NCBI GenBank assembly: GCA_973895155.1 | Contig: OZ316894.1 | Location: 25,232,709 to 25,296,708 of the forward strand | Origin: Marsupella aquatica | Lineage: Eukaryota > Plantae > Marchantiophyta | DNA length: 64,000 nt | Direction of reading: 5' to 3' | Part shown: piece by piece, positions 12,701 through 27,300 of the stretch | How the letters are laid out: every line of letters begins with the position of its first letter | How positions within the stretch are numbered: the stretch's first letter is position 1 | Notes under the pieces: model-generated | Told to the model about the DNA's origin: nothing | What the model saw: only the letters and a program-made list of their open reading frames with translations | The model's database searches: none | Program-made: the position numbers and the translations under genes

Positions 12701-15700
12701 TTCAAGGAAGACTTCAATTGGCTTTTGTACGAATAACAATTCGTGAATCACCTTGGAGAAGATGAAGCCGGTAACGAGTTAGTTTGATTAATGTTGAGCT
12801 CGGCGTTGGTCGCAGCCATATCCTGCAGAAGAACCAGTGCAGAGTATGCCCCTCCTTCCCTCGACATAAGATCGCTGTGTGTACCACTCTCCACTATACG
12901 GCCTTTCTCTACTACGGCAATGGTGTCCGCATTACGTATGGTGGACAGACGATGTGCCACCACAACAGTAGTCCTGCCCACCATGATGCGATCCAGGGCT
13001 TCCTGCACCACCTTTTCTGATCCTGCATCCAGTGCGCTGGTGGCTTCGTCGAGAAGCAGAACCTTAGGGTTTTTCACGATGGCGCGAGCAATAGCTATGC
13101 GCTGCCGCTGCCCTCCTGAAAGTTGGATGCCTCTCTCCCCAACCTGCAGACAAGATTTAAAAGTTTCAACTTACTGTTTCTTCAAACTTTATTTAATATT
13201 AGACATACATTCTGTCTCGGATTTAGATGATTAGAAAGAAACTCCGTAATTAGTTCAGTTCCCGGAGTAGAGACATTACTCGTCGATCTCTCCACGTACA
13301 ATTAGAAGATGAACAAAGCTCTGTACACACCTGAGTCTCATATCCATTCGGAAGCTGGCAGATGAAAGAATGCGCATTCGCCGCCATTGCAGCCTTTCCA
13401 ATATCTTTCTGACTCGAATCATCGCTTCCATATTTAATGTTTCCGACAATTGTCGTTGCAAATAGTGCTGGTTCCTGGTTGACTAGGCCGATCTGTCTTC
13501 GCAACCACTTCAGGTCTACCTTTTTCAGGTTGAGATCATCCAATAACACCTCACCTACGGTTGAAAGCAGTCCCTTACATAAGTCGATCACGAGTAAATT
13601 AATTTGCTGAAATTGGTTCATGCATGTCGATCTCTCTCAGAAACTAAGGCATGTTCTATCTCTAGGCCACGTTCTATACATGGCCTGGAATACTTCTTTC
13701 ATGCGACGATTTAGTCAGAGAGGCAGAAGTAAACGATCGGAAGCGTTGTGCATGCATGATTTTTGTCAATTACCTCCGGTGGGATCATAGAAACGTTCGA
13801 TGAGTGAAACGACGGTACTTTTGCCAGAGCCACTGCTTCCAACAACGGCAACACTCGTTCCGGGAGGAATCGTGAGCGAAAATTTCTGAAAGATGGGGAC
13901 GTCAGGTCTCGAAGGATAGGAAAAGTCCACGTCGCGGAGCTCGATATGACCTGCTACGGTTTGTGGCGTTTCAGCATTTTGATCCGGTTTGTTGATACTA
14001 GGCTCGTGATTGATTACTTGCAATATCTTGAAAGCCGCAGCCCGCGCTTTACCAAATGGAGTGAGAGTTGAGATGGCAAGTGCTATCGACCTGGATTCAA
14101 GAACCATTTTGACGAAAGTCTTAGCGCTGAATCAACGGCCTCAATGAAAAACACTAAATCGGATACGAACAATTGTAAAATCCCCCTTTCATTCGATTTA
14201 CTTTCGTAATCGATGAGTGATGAAACACAATTCGTCCTAATGAGCTTCTTACTGTATTCTAAAATGTACAGATAGATATAATTGGTCAATGGATTGAAAT
14301 TGGCTTACGTGCTCCCCATGACGATGTTAAATATTGTGGAGAGTATACTGCCGCCGTTCGCTTCTCCCTTACGCACGAGGCTTGAGCCGTACGTGAGGAG
14401 AATTGCATACGTACAGTAAACAACAAGCATCGTCGCACCGAATCCAACACCCTTCACCAGTCCACTTCTGACCCCCAGCTTCTGTGTTCTTTGTAATGCA
14501 TCCGAATAATGCTGGATGAATTTCTCCTCAGCTACAAACGAGTAGACAGTACGTACTTGAGCTATTGCCTGGGGAACAATCCAAAGAAAATATTGATGAG
14601 CTAAAAATAAGAATGTGTAGAAACTCTATGGCACAGAGTGCAGAAGGGGTCGAAAACGGAAAGTACAACGTTCTGATTCCGCGGACATTTAAAGAATGCT
14701 TCTGTAAGACTGCGCTTTCTTCACATTTCGCAAAGAAGTTAAGAGAGACCGAATCGCTGCTAACTCGATCTGATCCTCTGATGGCATACCAGCTGAATAA
14801 GTGGACATTGTCGACTTAAATAGGTGTACCTGCTGCACGATGCTCCCCGCTTCCGAGTAGGCAGATGAAGTTTTGCTCGTGTATTGAGTGAGATAATGGG
14901 CGTAGACGCCCCCTGTTAGCGCAAGGATCGGTATTATAGCGATCGTCACAACAGCAATGCGCCACTCAGAGGTGAATGAGACGATAAAACACGCGATAAA
15001 TGTGGCTATGTGGTGGAAAAAGTGACCAGTCTGCGCACACACAGACGACGGCCGTCAGTCTCGTTTTCGACTTCTTTCATAGATCAAAAGTGACATGATT
15101 AATCGAGTTGCAGCGCTGAGCTGTTGGCTCAGCTTCAGAGGCTTGAGCCTTTCATGACAGCAGTACAGCTGGTACATTGCTACCTTTTCACTGATCGCAT
15201 CTTGTACTGCGAGAGTATCGGCGGCCAGGCTGTTGACAACATCTCCTGTGCTGGTTTCAGTATCAAAATACCCCACGTCCTGCCGAAGCAATGCTTGAAG
15301 GTACCTTGCCCTCATTTTGCCTGATTGCCGCTGTCCAGTATGCATCCAGAATGCAACCTCTGGAATTGACAAGAGGCAAGTCAATGTTCACTAATTAGAA
15401 GAGTAGGGATCGAGGAGCTTGAAGCACAGGACAGCATATATGGAGTCACAGACAGTGCACGGAAATCCCAAATTCATCAACATTTTGATCAAAGCTCGGT
15501 ACGTAGTTACTGAAACATATCTAGAGTCGAAGTCGATGTGTAGAACACACCTAGCCATGACGACCCAAGGCACAAGATGCTCATATACACGAACAATAAT
15601 GCGTACTGCGCACAAACACGACAAGGAAAATAATCTCGTTCATACCCGAGGCATCGAATTGAATAATCATCCTTGCTCAAGATAAAAAGCTAACGTACAA

Positions 15701-16236
15701 TCACACAATCAGCGGCCCTGTCAAGTTTGAGGTATAATTTATGTCCACTGCACCTAAACTCACTGTTAAAGTGGCGCAATCGTGATATTAACAGCCTGTG
15801 GTCTATTGATTATCGAAGCAATGTAGCGAGTTTCGCCATGCTATGCCACAGAGTTTGATTGTGTTCACTTAAGCGTACCAGTGCTCTCAAAAACGCTCTG
15901 CAATTAATTCACCTTATCGGTTGTCTGCTGTATGTTGGCCAGACTTCCGAGGCCATTCAGAAGTTTTCCAAAATACCCCAATATCAGAGGAAGAGCTATG
16001 CCGTGGCCAACAGCACCGACGAGGCCGAAAAACATCAGAACATAATCAAATTTGTCGACGAAGGAGTAGAGCTGTATGAAGGGGACCGTGGGTTCCTTCA
16101 GCTTAGCGGATTTCTCTGCATTCTCAGGCCCTTCCTGAAAATTTTCTCCCTTCGCCTTCCTCCAGCTTCGCCATTTGTGTGTTTTCGGCTTCTTCCCACC
16201 TTCCGTGTCCACCTTTCCTCCATCCAAGACACTCAT
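9707..16236 (-). CDS. ABCB: Full-size ABCB transporter copy 2 (TMD-NBD-TMD-NBD), ~11 exons
   Basis: Exons approx 16236-15913, 15605-15551, 15359-15184, 15030-14830, 14568-14309, 14095-13774, 13555-13331, 13144-12752, 12604-12041, 11613-11373, 10919-9707. Walker [17 protein letters not shown], signature LSGGQ, Walker [11 protein letters not shown] and H-loop AHRLST in both NBDs. Confidence 0.95.
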
Positions 16237-17009
16237 TCTGTTCAACTAGAGCTATTCTCTTCTGTGCCGTAATGGGCTCTGGGTTCTTCAATGGAGGCTG
16301 TGAACCATCATCACCTGCTGCAGAGAGGTTTGCATGCTCGTAGAAATGCCGAACGAGCCATGCAGCAACATCACTTGGCTAGTACGCTAGCGTCGACTGA
16401 ACGACACTACACCAGGAAATTTGTTTGGCGGTTTTCGGATTGTATCTTTCCGATTCAGGGCAAAATTTTGCTGCACGTAATGTAAAACTATCCTTTGTTT
16501 AAGTCACTGAAGCTTGCTTTTCATATTGTTTTCGTTGAATCTTGCCATCCTGGGGTCTCACTCCAAGGAAAGTCCTATATCACCTACTCACTCAAGTAAT
16601 AAATACATTAAAATCTGAGAAAATCAAATAGACTTGAACTATTTTTAGTTCATTCTTTTATGAAATGTTTTAAACATATTTACACATTTATTATTATTCT
16701 CAGAATTGGACTAATTTATTATTCTCAAAATTGGACTAAACACCTATATGTTTTTTCAACAAAAATTTTAAAGTCTTTCATATAGTTGGATTATAAAACC
16801 CCTAATTTCTTCACGTGTGATTGGTAGGAAGAAAATAAATGAGTACCCCGGGCAGTGATTATTATCTTTCTGATCCTGGATGGCTCCTTTTGTTACTGGT
16901 TCAGTTACATGCTTTAGTAAATCTGAGAAAATTGTGAATAATCCAAGTTATCCCAACAAGTCTCCACCATTCTTCCCAATATCTTGGAGCCTCCAGATTG
17001 GATTCAAGT

Positions 17010-17285
17010 GTGAACTGTGCGAAGAATCCAAGATAGTTACCCTTTACTCATCATTCTAGTTAGTCCTAATATATTGGAGAATCTTCACCTGTGAGCACTT
17101 GTGTGAAGAATCCAAGATAGTTATCCTACATATACTCAACATTCTAGGTATACCTAATTGGAGCATCCAGATTGTTTTTATGTGTGAGCACTTGTGTGAA
17201 GAATCCAAGTTATCATATAAATTATTGACCATTCTATTTTCCTAATTGGAGTATCCAGATTCTTGACATGTGTGAGCACTTTGTG
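17010..17285. repeat. Degenerate short tandem repeat (~85-90 bp period)
   Basis: TGTG(C/T)GAAGAATCCAAG(A/T)TA and TGTGAGCACTT recur about 3 times. Confidence 0.6.
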
Positions 17286-18817
17286 AAGGTTTGTGTGAGA
17301 CAAAAGTGAATATTCATGAGGGATTGCATGCTTGGATGTTGGGTACATGCACAAAACTGTGCATCTTTTTCGCATCATCAGATCTTACATGATCATAAAG
17401 ATCAAGTGTTGTAAATAAAGAAAATAATATCTCTGCATTCACGCCATGCCAAGGCACAACTAATCCACAAAGTATCTACTACGCAGCCATCCGTCCCATG
17501 CCATCCGACTCATGGAGTGTAATGCCCTTCGCTTGGTGCCCCAGCACCACTTAAGCCCATAGAGTGAACTGTCGATAAGTACATTGTGGATAAGTGCAGG
17601 TCTAGGATGTAGTCCCCTAATATTATAGTGATTTCCTTTGTAAAAGCACCAAATAATGCAGTTTGCATAAGTGTGACAAAATAATTGCACTAAACAACAT
17701 TGAGTGCATTTTCATCTATAAGTGTACACATGCATTTATCAGTCAGTGCAATGCATATATAAGAAGCATTTATTGATAAGTGCAGTAAACAATTACATAA
17801 AGTAGTTCCATGCCCCGATGCATTTATCCAGTTGAATCATGCCATATGAGGGCTCAGGGTATGAGGAGTCTGATGTATGTGACCTGCACAACACAACAGG
17901 GAAGTGCATAAGATATTTCCCATGCACTTGTCAGGTAGCATAGATGATGTGCATATAAAGAAGTGCATAAATGATATCCCATGCACTCATAGCATAGTGC
18001 ATTCTGTGGATAAGTGCTGGTTGGTGGTGTCTTCCCAGGAGCCTGAACTTAGCAGCACAAAAGTAATTAATTTTTTTGGCACCAATTTTTATGACATCTT
18101 GAAACGTGCACATTAGTCAGGTTTCAGAAACACAATTGATCTTTTTGCTTAATATAGGCAGTGTTTCAAGCACTCGTCTAAAACTGGCAAGAGAGTCTAG
18201 TCAAACTTTGCTTTGTTTGATTGAATTAGATTCATCCAGGTTTCACCATTGTAAGAACAAGTCAAGGAGAATCAGTGAGGGACATTGGCCAAGTGGAGAC
18301 CACGGTGCCAGGCTCCATGATTTCTGTTATGTTTGACCGATTCCAAACTGAAGAGCCACCCCCAACTCAACAGGCAACTGTAGTTGTTGACCTAATTAAA
18401 CTATATTCCTCACAATCTAATAGGAGGATGGCAATAGCTAGAGTGTGTGAGTCCAAAAGTTTCCACCACAGTAGTAGCAACAAGTTAGTGTTCTTGTGAC
18501 AGGTTGAAGCTTGGTAATTTTTGTACAGAATGCAGGTTACTGGTGTGTAACCATTTTTAGAGGAACTTACTAGATATTTTCATACTCTTGCTTGGAAGTA
18601 ACCTCTTTCTGGACACTAATCACTTACTACTATGGAGGTCAAGGCAGTGGCTCCAGCCTGAACCCTGCTGCAGACAAGCTCAGAAGGGGCGAGTGGATCA
18701 ACATTAGAAGCTCTGATCGTGGCAGACACTCTTTGTTCTCTACCAACTGTAATTTAGTCCCAAAGGATGCATAATACGGCTGCTATAGACTAAAACAAGA
18801 AAGCAATTTAATGAAGT

Positions 18818-19949
18818 TGTTGTTGGCTACACTAGTGTCTAAAAGTAAACACAAAAGCTATACAATGAAACTATTGCTCGAGGGTCTCACTATATGGAGG
18901 CCTCACCATATATCACCTGCATTGGTTTTAGGCCTTTGACCCCCTAAAGTGTAAGATTTAAAAAACCCCTATAAAGTTGGAATATTCTTGGAATGTTCCC
19001 AAAAATTGATTATATAGACCGTATTGTTCTTATAAGTCTCAAATTCTCTTCCTCCCGGACCTGCGATTGTGCCCTGCAACATGGAAGGGGGGAATGAGGG
19101 GGGAAGGGTCACATTGGGTTACGGCTAGCTACATGACAATGGGAACCTGCATACAAGTTGATTTACTAAGTTAAATACAAAATGAGAGGCGGGTTTAGTA
19201 ATTAATTTTGTTTGGGGGACACTTTAGTAATTTACTGGATAGTTTGGGGGACAGGTAACTAGTAAAATCATGATATACTATATTGGCTACTAGTTGAACC
19301 TAGCCTGCAGGCTTGGGTTGTATGCTCAGGTGTATGCTACAATTGTGGATGTGCTTGAGGAGTTGCTATCATGGTGATTTGAATGTGATTGATGGTTGTT
19401 CATGAGGTTGACACTCCTTGACTCAATTGTCAAGGAATGGTGGTTGTATTCCAACTAAGTATAGGTAGAGGTTCTTGAATTAACTTATTGTGTACTCTTG
19501 TGTACTTGAGTAAAATGCACACTTGTCTGATCATGCTTGCTTTAGTATTCTAAATATAGAATAATTGTTAGGCATTTACTCTTAGGTCTAGAGTTACAAT
19601 TGTAACCATAGTTAGGGCTGACCTTAGTCGCCAACTAGGTTAGGTTAACTTGGTTCCACACTACATCCCAAGTGGTGTTTGCTTGGATAGAAGGAACTCA
19701 GGCTCATTGTTACAAAGTCAGTCAAGAAGCCAAACGGTTGAGAGATAGGGAGATATTGTACTGCGGGGACTCGGTACATATGATAGATGGGCCCTAGAGT
19801 GCAATAAAGCTCTCATGTGTTCCCGTGGACGTAGACTCAATTGCATGAGGTGAACCACATATCTCATTGTGTTAACTACTTGCATGTGCGTTAGATGATC
19901 TTGGGCTTGCCAGTGTGAATGTAGTATTTGTTCAACACGGGGTTCAACA
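18818..19949 (+). mobile_element. Probable solo or decayed Ty1/Copia-type LTR; 5' boundary uncertain
   Basis: CCCGTGGACGTAG...GAACCACATATCTCATTGTGT at ~19822-19872 resembles a common plant Copia LTR motif. Ends GGGGTTCAACA at 19949. No TSD found. Confidence 0.35.
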
Positions 19950-20884
19950 ATTATTTGATAGGAGAGTTACCCTTGTAAGTTGGTAGATTCACCAAAGTGC
20001 CCTCAAAGTTTACAAAAGTACCCCTCCTATTTGTCCAATATGCAAGTGTCCCTCCTTAGTATGCCACCACCCTTAAACCATACCTGCCCATATAAAAGCC
20101 CCATTCCCTCCCTCACTACTCCTCATTCCTGTCGTGTGGTGAGCAATTAATGTCTAACCATAAAAGGTGTAGCACTCGCCACCTTTTGTGGAGTTCAAGG
20201 CAATTCATGCACCTATGCACTTTATAATGAAAATTAAGGGTATAGGCCAGTTGTGGCTTAAGATGGCCCAAATTGAGAGCAAAGCAAATCTATGTACCTA
20301 GCTTCTAGGTTCTCTTCTTTTGTGAATCAGTAGATAGCCATAGCGCAGGATTGTTACCGGATTGAAACAAGAGACATAATTGGACACACCTTCAATTGCT
20401 CAGCAGAGAAATGGAACCAGGTATACTTGTAAAGTTTAAACTTAAAGTCCATTCTGAAAATCCTTGAGCTAGTGAGGGCTCTACCATGACTTTAAATCAG
20501 TCTGTCCGTCCATCACTAGGGGAAAGTAACAGGTCACACAGGAGAATGTTAGTGGAACATTGTGCTGCAACTTAGCGGGCAGCAGATTAGAACTTGCACA
20601 TAAAGTAGCTGGAGGGAAAATACCAGGAGAGTGACAGGTTAGGTTTATATGATATATGGTTAGGAAACTGCCACCATAATATATCAGAAAGGGCAGCTTC
20701 TGCCATAATGTAAATAGATAATGGAAAAAGAGTAACTGGATTACATAGTATAGTGTTTTGATAGCCCAATGCATGTGCATTGCAAAGTATTGTAGATAGT
20801 AAGTGATGTTGAAGAGAATAGTTGACAAACATAAGTGAGATGACCAGGCTTTGGAAAGTCATGCAGCAAGTTTCCCAGGCAAGT

Positions 20885-21098
20885 GGATTTCAAAGAAAGT
20901 GTGAGTTAATGGGGAGAGTGATTTCAAGGATGTGTAAATTGTGGGGAGCAAGTTGTTATGGAAAGATTGATTTCAAGGAATGTGCAAGTTGTGGGGAGAG
21001 TGATTTCAAGGAATGTGCGAGATGTGGGGAGAGTGATTTAAAAAAAATGTGCAAGTTGTTCAGGAAAACATAATTTCAACCAATGTGCAAGTTGTGGG
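20885..21098. repeat. Minisatellite, ~33-bp unit, about 6 degenerate copies
   Basis: GATTTCAAGGAATGTGCAAGTTGTGGGGAGAGT repeated. Confidence 0.8.
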
Positions 21099-21364
21099 TT
21101 GGACAGGTGCACAATGACACCTTTAGATCCAACTCATCTCTAGACAAAATGTCACTATAATTGAAGAGCCTGATACCCTTCGATCTAGAATGATACCATG
21201 AGAAAAGAAAAAACCAGATTGCAGAGTAGAGTGTTGAGATTTAGAATTGCAAATTATAGTGTCTGGATTCATGTGTTCAACCGGAAGCAGATCGATCTAG
21301 CTTTGAAGTGAGTACTTAACTGATCACCGAGGTCTTCAGATCGCATCTGGTCATTGAATGTATT

Positions 21365-24300
21365 CTACTTGTCGTCCATTCGAGGACGCAAATCCTTTGG
21401 AAGTGTGGGGACTCGATTCTGAAGGTTGAGCAGGCGCAAGTAAGCGCCCCCTAGAGCAATGAGATGGGAGTGGGAGCCTTTCTCGATGATAGCACCGTCT
21501 TCCACCACAGCTATGGTGTTTGCGCCTCTCGTAGTGGAGAGGCGATGGGTAACGATGATAGTCGTTCTTGCCTTCATCAAGCGATCGATGGCGATCTGCA
21601 CGATCTTCTCCGACTGTGCGTCCAACGCCGAGGTGGCCTCGTCGAGGAGGAGGATGGCTGGGTTCTTGAGCACCGCCCGGGCGATGGCAACCCTCTGCTT
21701 CTGCCCTCCTGAGAGCTGTATACCGCGCTCGCCGACTTCCGTCTTGTAGCCGTCGGGGAGAGCACTGATGAAGTGGTGCGCGTGGGCGACCTTCGCTGCT
21801 TCGATCACTTCTGCCTCACTGGCTCCGTCTTTGCCGTAGAGGATGTTTTCGTAGATCGTCGTGGCGAAGAGAGCCGGCTCCTGCTGGACGAGGGCGATGT
21901 GTCGCCGGACCGATTTCAGATTGTAATTCTTGATGTCTTTCCCGTCGACGAGCACCTGCCCGGACATGGGATCGTAGAACCTCTCGATCAGAGCTATGAT
22001 GGAGCTTTTTCCGGAGCCGCTGGCGCCGACGAGCGCGAGGCTGCATCCGAAGCGCACCTTCAGACTCAGGTTTCTGAAGACCAGAATGTCCGGTCTGGAC
22101 GGGTAGGCGAATGAGATATGCTTGAGTTCGATGTCGCCCCGGATGGTCTCGGCAGTCTCGCCCTCCGGATCGTCAGATTGGATGCTCGTGATTCGATCGA
22201 GAATGGTGAACACCGATTGAATTGCTGGTCCGCCTTTGGCAAGGTCGGGAGTGAGTGCCAACGTCTCAGCCGTAGCGAAAGCGCAGATGATGAAGATCAA
22301 GAAAACGTTGATGACTGCACCGAATTGCGCTTCTCCAGAGGTTACCAGATGGCCGGCGTACCACAAGCTCATTCCATACGCACAGTACATGATGCATTGC
22401 GAGGTCCCATAGCCGAATCCGGCAATCTGTCCTCTGTGGAAGCTTTGCTTTGCTGTCCCTGCTAGCTCGTTTTCGAAAAGGGCTTGGACCTTGTTTTCGG
22501 CATTGAATGCCGCCACAGTCCGGATGTTTGCCACCGCCTCTCCAGCTACCTGAGTTGCTCGGGAGTAAGCCTTGGCCTGGTCCCCAACGAAACCAGTGAG
22601 AAACCAATTCTGCATAAATGATTAAATCAGTAGCTCACTGTCAGTCTCTGGATTTCAATCAATGCCCGATCTATTTCCGAAGGAAATGCTCTTGCGATGC
22701 ATTTTGATTGCAGCTTAAACTCCCTCTCTTGTCACGCTATTCAATTGTCATAAACGACCAAAAGAATTTGAAGGCACGAGATGATCAAATGAATGCGATC
22801 CTCCAGAACATCTCCATGATATAAGCACAAATCATTGAATTGAAAAAGCTCGTGAAGCTTGTAGTTTTGACCCACACATTACTGTGCATCCCAACCAACC
22901 CTCACTTAATATTCGGACCCTGTAAATTGGTCAAATCTACGGGTGATAAATGTGATTTTGTGCAATCTACACACTCAGCATTCTCTCACATCAGAGCTGG
23001 CATCCAGTCTCTCAACACACTCAGTTCTCTATAATTGTTTTGTCTAATTCGGGGTCTCATTAAAATCTTTCTAAGTGGTTTGTTCTGACTTGTGCTGAAA
23101 ACTCGATACACAAAAGTTAAATACATCTTTGAACTCGAGTCTAGGATTTGTTGTACCGTTATGTCTAATCGATCAAGTGTTCCTTCATAAAATAAAAGGA
23201 CATTTTGGCTGCATATCCCGTCCCGCACCTAGTCTCCCTAAGATTTCGTTAACGTGATTATGGGTTATGTTTGAGCTTCGCTGATCAGAAATTGAAAGAA
23301 GAAAAGCAGACCAGATTTGGAAGAAACAGACTTGCGTCGAAAGGCTGACTAGATGTGTCTTCTGATTGAAACAATCATCTACCTTTTCAGCGGATTCTGT
23401 AAAGTCTCGAGCCAATGAAGGACTAATCCAACTTTTACTCCAAATGAAAGCAACGGTGCCGTAACTAGATCCGTCACGTTCTCTGACTAACTAAAGAATG
23501 ATTCAGATTCAGTTTTCACTCTTTAAACCAATGTTCCAAATGACAGCAAGCGTTGTCGTAAATAGATCAGTCAGCTTCTCTACGGTTCATATTCATGATT
23601 CACTTTAACTATATAAGCCCTACCCTCTGAAGGATATAATTCTATCCTTGACTCAAACTGTATTTAGGAAAAAAATTGTCAAAGCATTGTAATTCTCTCC
23701 CTGTCACGAGGCGTTCACCAATTTAGCCAGGTTCTCTAGGATTTATCGTCATTCCATATTCACTATAAATAACCGCTCACTATAATAAAGCGGTTCTCTG
23801 TGAGATTTTGTTCAATAAAAGTCTTATCCAATCTTTAATGACAAATATTTTAGTAATTAATTTGCTTAAGTCAATTGGCTAGGGGATTTGCCTGGAACCG
23901 AGAGGTCTCAAGTTCAATCTTCCTCCACACCCCAGTGTGTAGAGGATATATGTGTGTGTGTGGGTGGGATGGGTTTTATAGGTAGTGGATTGGAATTCTG
24001 ATTATTCGCTCAACCCCTGGTAGTCCACTTTGTGACCCTGATTTAATCATCTCTCCTTCCCTGGTAGTCCACTTTGTGACCCTGATTTAATCATCTCTCC
24101 TTCCTGGTGCGGGTCCCTATCGGATCCATTGGGGTTCACCCTAGTCTGGGTTGCCTACAGAAAACTGTCACATTGGGATGGGGGGGAGTCTAATTATATT
24201 TCCTCCCCATTTTCGTTCGAGACAACGCGGGTCCTTGTCGGATCCATTGGGGCTCACCCTAGTCTGGGTTGACTACAGAAAAAGTGTCATATTGGGATGG

Positions 24301-27300
24301 GGGGAGTCTAATTGTATTTACTCCCCATTTGTGTTCAAGACAAAAAAAAATCTCATCACTAGAAACTGTTGAGAACTCACCTAACGATTGTAAAGACTTT
24401 TGTGACTTTTATTTTTGAGTACATTATTTTTCCATAATGCACCCCTTTTTTCAGGAGAAGATTATACAAAACACCATAAATAAAAATAAAAATTAAATAT
24501 AATTGTACCATATAAAACAAAATAATAATTTTTATTCAAGATCTCAAGATGATAACCAAATCTTATATGGTGATACTAACAAAATATCTATGAATAGAAT
24601 CCAATATAACTAAAGAACTAATATTTTTGGCCAATTCCATAGCAACCACTTCTTGGATGACCTTTTAATGTGAATTTTTTATTTCAAGGATTCACTTTTT
24701 TTTATTTGTCATTGAAAAGTCATTCAAGTTTTTATGTATAGTAATGTCCTACTTATGGGCATTAAGAAAAAATGCCTTCAAAACGCAGTCTACTGCCCTT
24801 TTTTTCAGGGCATTATATCACACAATGCTCTCTAACCAAGAAATTATCCTATTCATACTAACATAATACAAACTAAACAACAATGCAAGTAATAAGATGC
24901 AATAGTCTTTGGACTATCCATCAAATGGAAGGTTACTTGAATAAGACAATGTACTCGTTAGAGGGCATTATGGGATATAATGCTCGTAACTAAGATAAAA
25001 GGGCATTATGGGATATAATGCTTCGTAATTAAAATATTAATGTACATAAAAACTTGAGTGACTTTCACATAACAACCAAGAAAAATGAATCCATGAAATA
25101 GTAAAGTCAAATTAAAGAGTCATCCAAAAAGTGGTTCTTATATATGGAATTGGCCAAAAATATTAGTTCTTTAGTTATATTGGGTTCTATTCATACATAT
25201 TTTATTAGTATCACCATATAATATTTAGTTATTATCTTGAGATTTTAAATAAATTTTATCAATTTATTTTTTATAGTAAAACTATATTTAATATTTATTT
25301 TTATTATATTTATGGTGTTTTATATAATACTCTTCTAAAAAGGGGTGCATTATAGAAAAGTAATGCACTCAAAAATACAAAGTGAAAAGTCACGAAAGTG
25401 AATATAAATAGTGTACTAAGGGCATCTTCAGAACACACACCACAGAACACACACCACACTGACGAGACTTAAAACCCGCATCCCCTACAAGAGAAGAGAA
25501 GAGGTCCTTTTGTGAGATCTATGATTAACGTCGTGTGAATTTGATGAGTTGTATGGATATGCTTACCTCGACAAAATTTGAAAGAGCAAGCACTGGAAAG
25601 CTGCCTAGCATGACAAGTGCCATTTTCCATTGGATGATGATTGACACGATGCTCGAAACGAAAATGAGCGTGCCGTTCTGCAGAATCACTACTATTCTAT
25701 CTCCGATGGCTGCTCTCACATTGTTTGCATCCGAAGCCAAGCGTGCTGCTATCGCGCTACTGTTGTTGTCATCCTCGTCGAACCATCCGAGTTCATTTTG
25801 TAAAATAGCTGAAATTGCACCCAACCACTTCCACTTTGAGAATCAATCGAGTTCCGGGCAAGATCAGAATGCACGTGAGGATCAGTGACAACTAGAATCA
25901 GTAGGACACTCGGAGGCTGAGAACATGCATCTGCGTACCATTCGTCGTCTTAGTCGAGTCCGCAAATCTAGGGAAGGATTAAATACTGACACGCAAAACA
26001 AGACAGGAGAACATAAACGAGATTCTCTAACTTCAAACTCTTTCAATGACAGAAAATAACGTACATGGTACCGTCTGCTCAGTGAGACCAAACATCTGAA
26101 TTGGCCGGGAGATCAAAATAAAAATTAAATGCTTTCTACGAAGAATACTCGCCAGCATAATGCTACACAAGTAATTCATTCAAGTTCAGTACAAGGAGCT
26201 GCTGATGCTCACAGGCAAACATCTTCTCTCGAACATGTTTGATGAGTTTCTCGCCCCAAATCCCCATCAAATAATGCTGCAATGTGAATATGACAGGCGA
26301 CACGGCCGCTATCACGAGAAAGAGAAGACTGTATTTCGCGACCTCTTTTTCGATGTGATGATTGTTGTTGCTGTAGTATGCTGTCAATACCCCTCCCATG
26401 AACAAGGCACATACGGGGTTCAGGCAGCCAGCTCCTATTGACCCTATTGTTCCTCCCAACCCATATATCCAATCACCCTTGGTCATAGCCACAAGCCTTG
26501 CTATTGACCCCTTTGGTGCGTTGAAGAATAATTCCTTCGTCATCCGAGGCTGACCGTGTATTGCTTCAATCCTTCCTGCAGAGTCCATTGATCTCGCACT
26601 AGATCCATAACGCCTCGAAGAAATGGATAGAACACTAGCAGATGCGGTTCCATCCCGTGATATTCTGCACGATCAAACCAAAGCGTCACAGGTTCGTCTC
26701 TTTTCAGTCTAATGTTATGAAGCCACAAAGTCACCTAATGGAATTTGGGATCCAGATAACAAGATTTACGACATATATATTGAAACCAAAGCGGAGCTGT
26801 GAGTTACCGCCGAGACGTTGACATCCAAGATGTGCTCCGTTTTATGGTGTCCTCGTTTGTGGCAGCTTGTTCTTGCAGGCGGACCAGGGCAAAATATTCC
26901 CCATCTTCTCTCGAGATTAGCTCCTGGTGAGTGCCCATCTGGACGATCTGACCTTTCTGCACCACAGCAATGGTATCGGCGTTGCGGATGGTGGAAAGGC
27001 GATGTGCAACCATTATGGTAGTCCTCCCCAGCATGAGGTGATCCAGAGCTTCCTCCACAACCACTTCTGACCCAGCATCTAAAGAGCTGGTAGCCTCATC
27101 CAGTAGCAGAACCTTGGGATCCTTCACAATTGCTCGAGCTATTGCCACACGTTGCTTCTGTCCTCCTGAAAGTTGGACACCCCTCTCCCCCACCTACATT
27201 TCCAGATGCAATAACTTAAAATTTCATTTCACAAACACGGATCATTCAAAACTTCTGATAACGAAGAAATTAGATGTCCACTGAAACCTGAACAGTAGCT

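Noticed and set aside
23864-23930. Functional tRNA gene
   Set aside because: The boxes are degenerate and I could not build a convincing cloverleaf; a SINE head fits better
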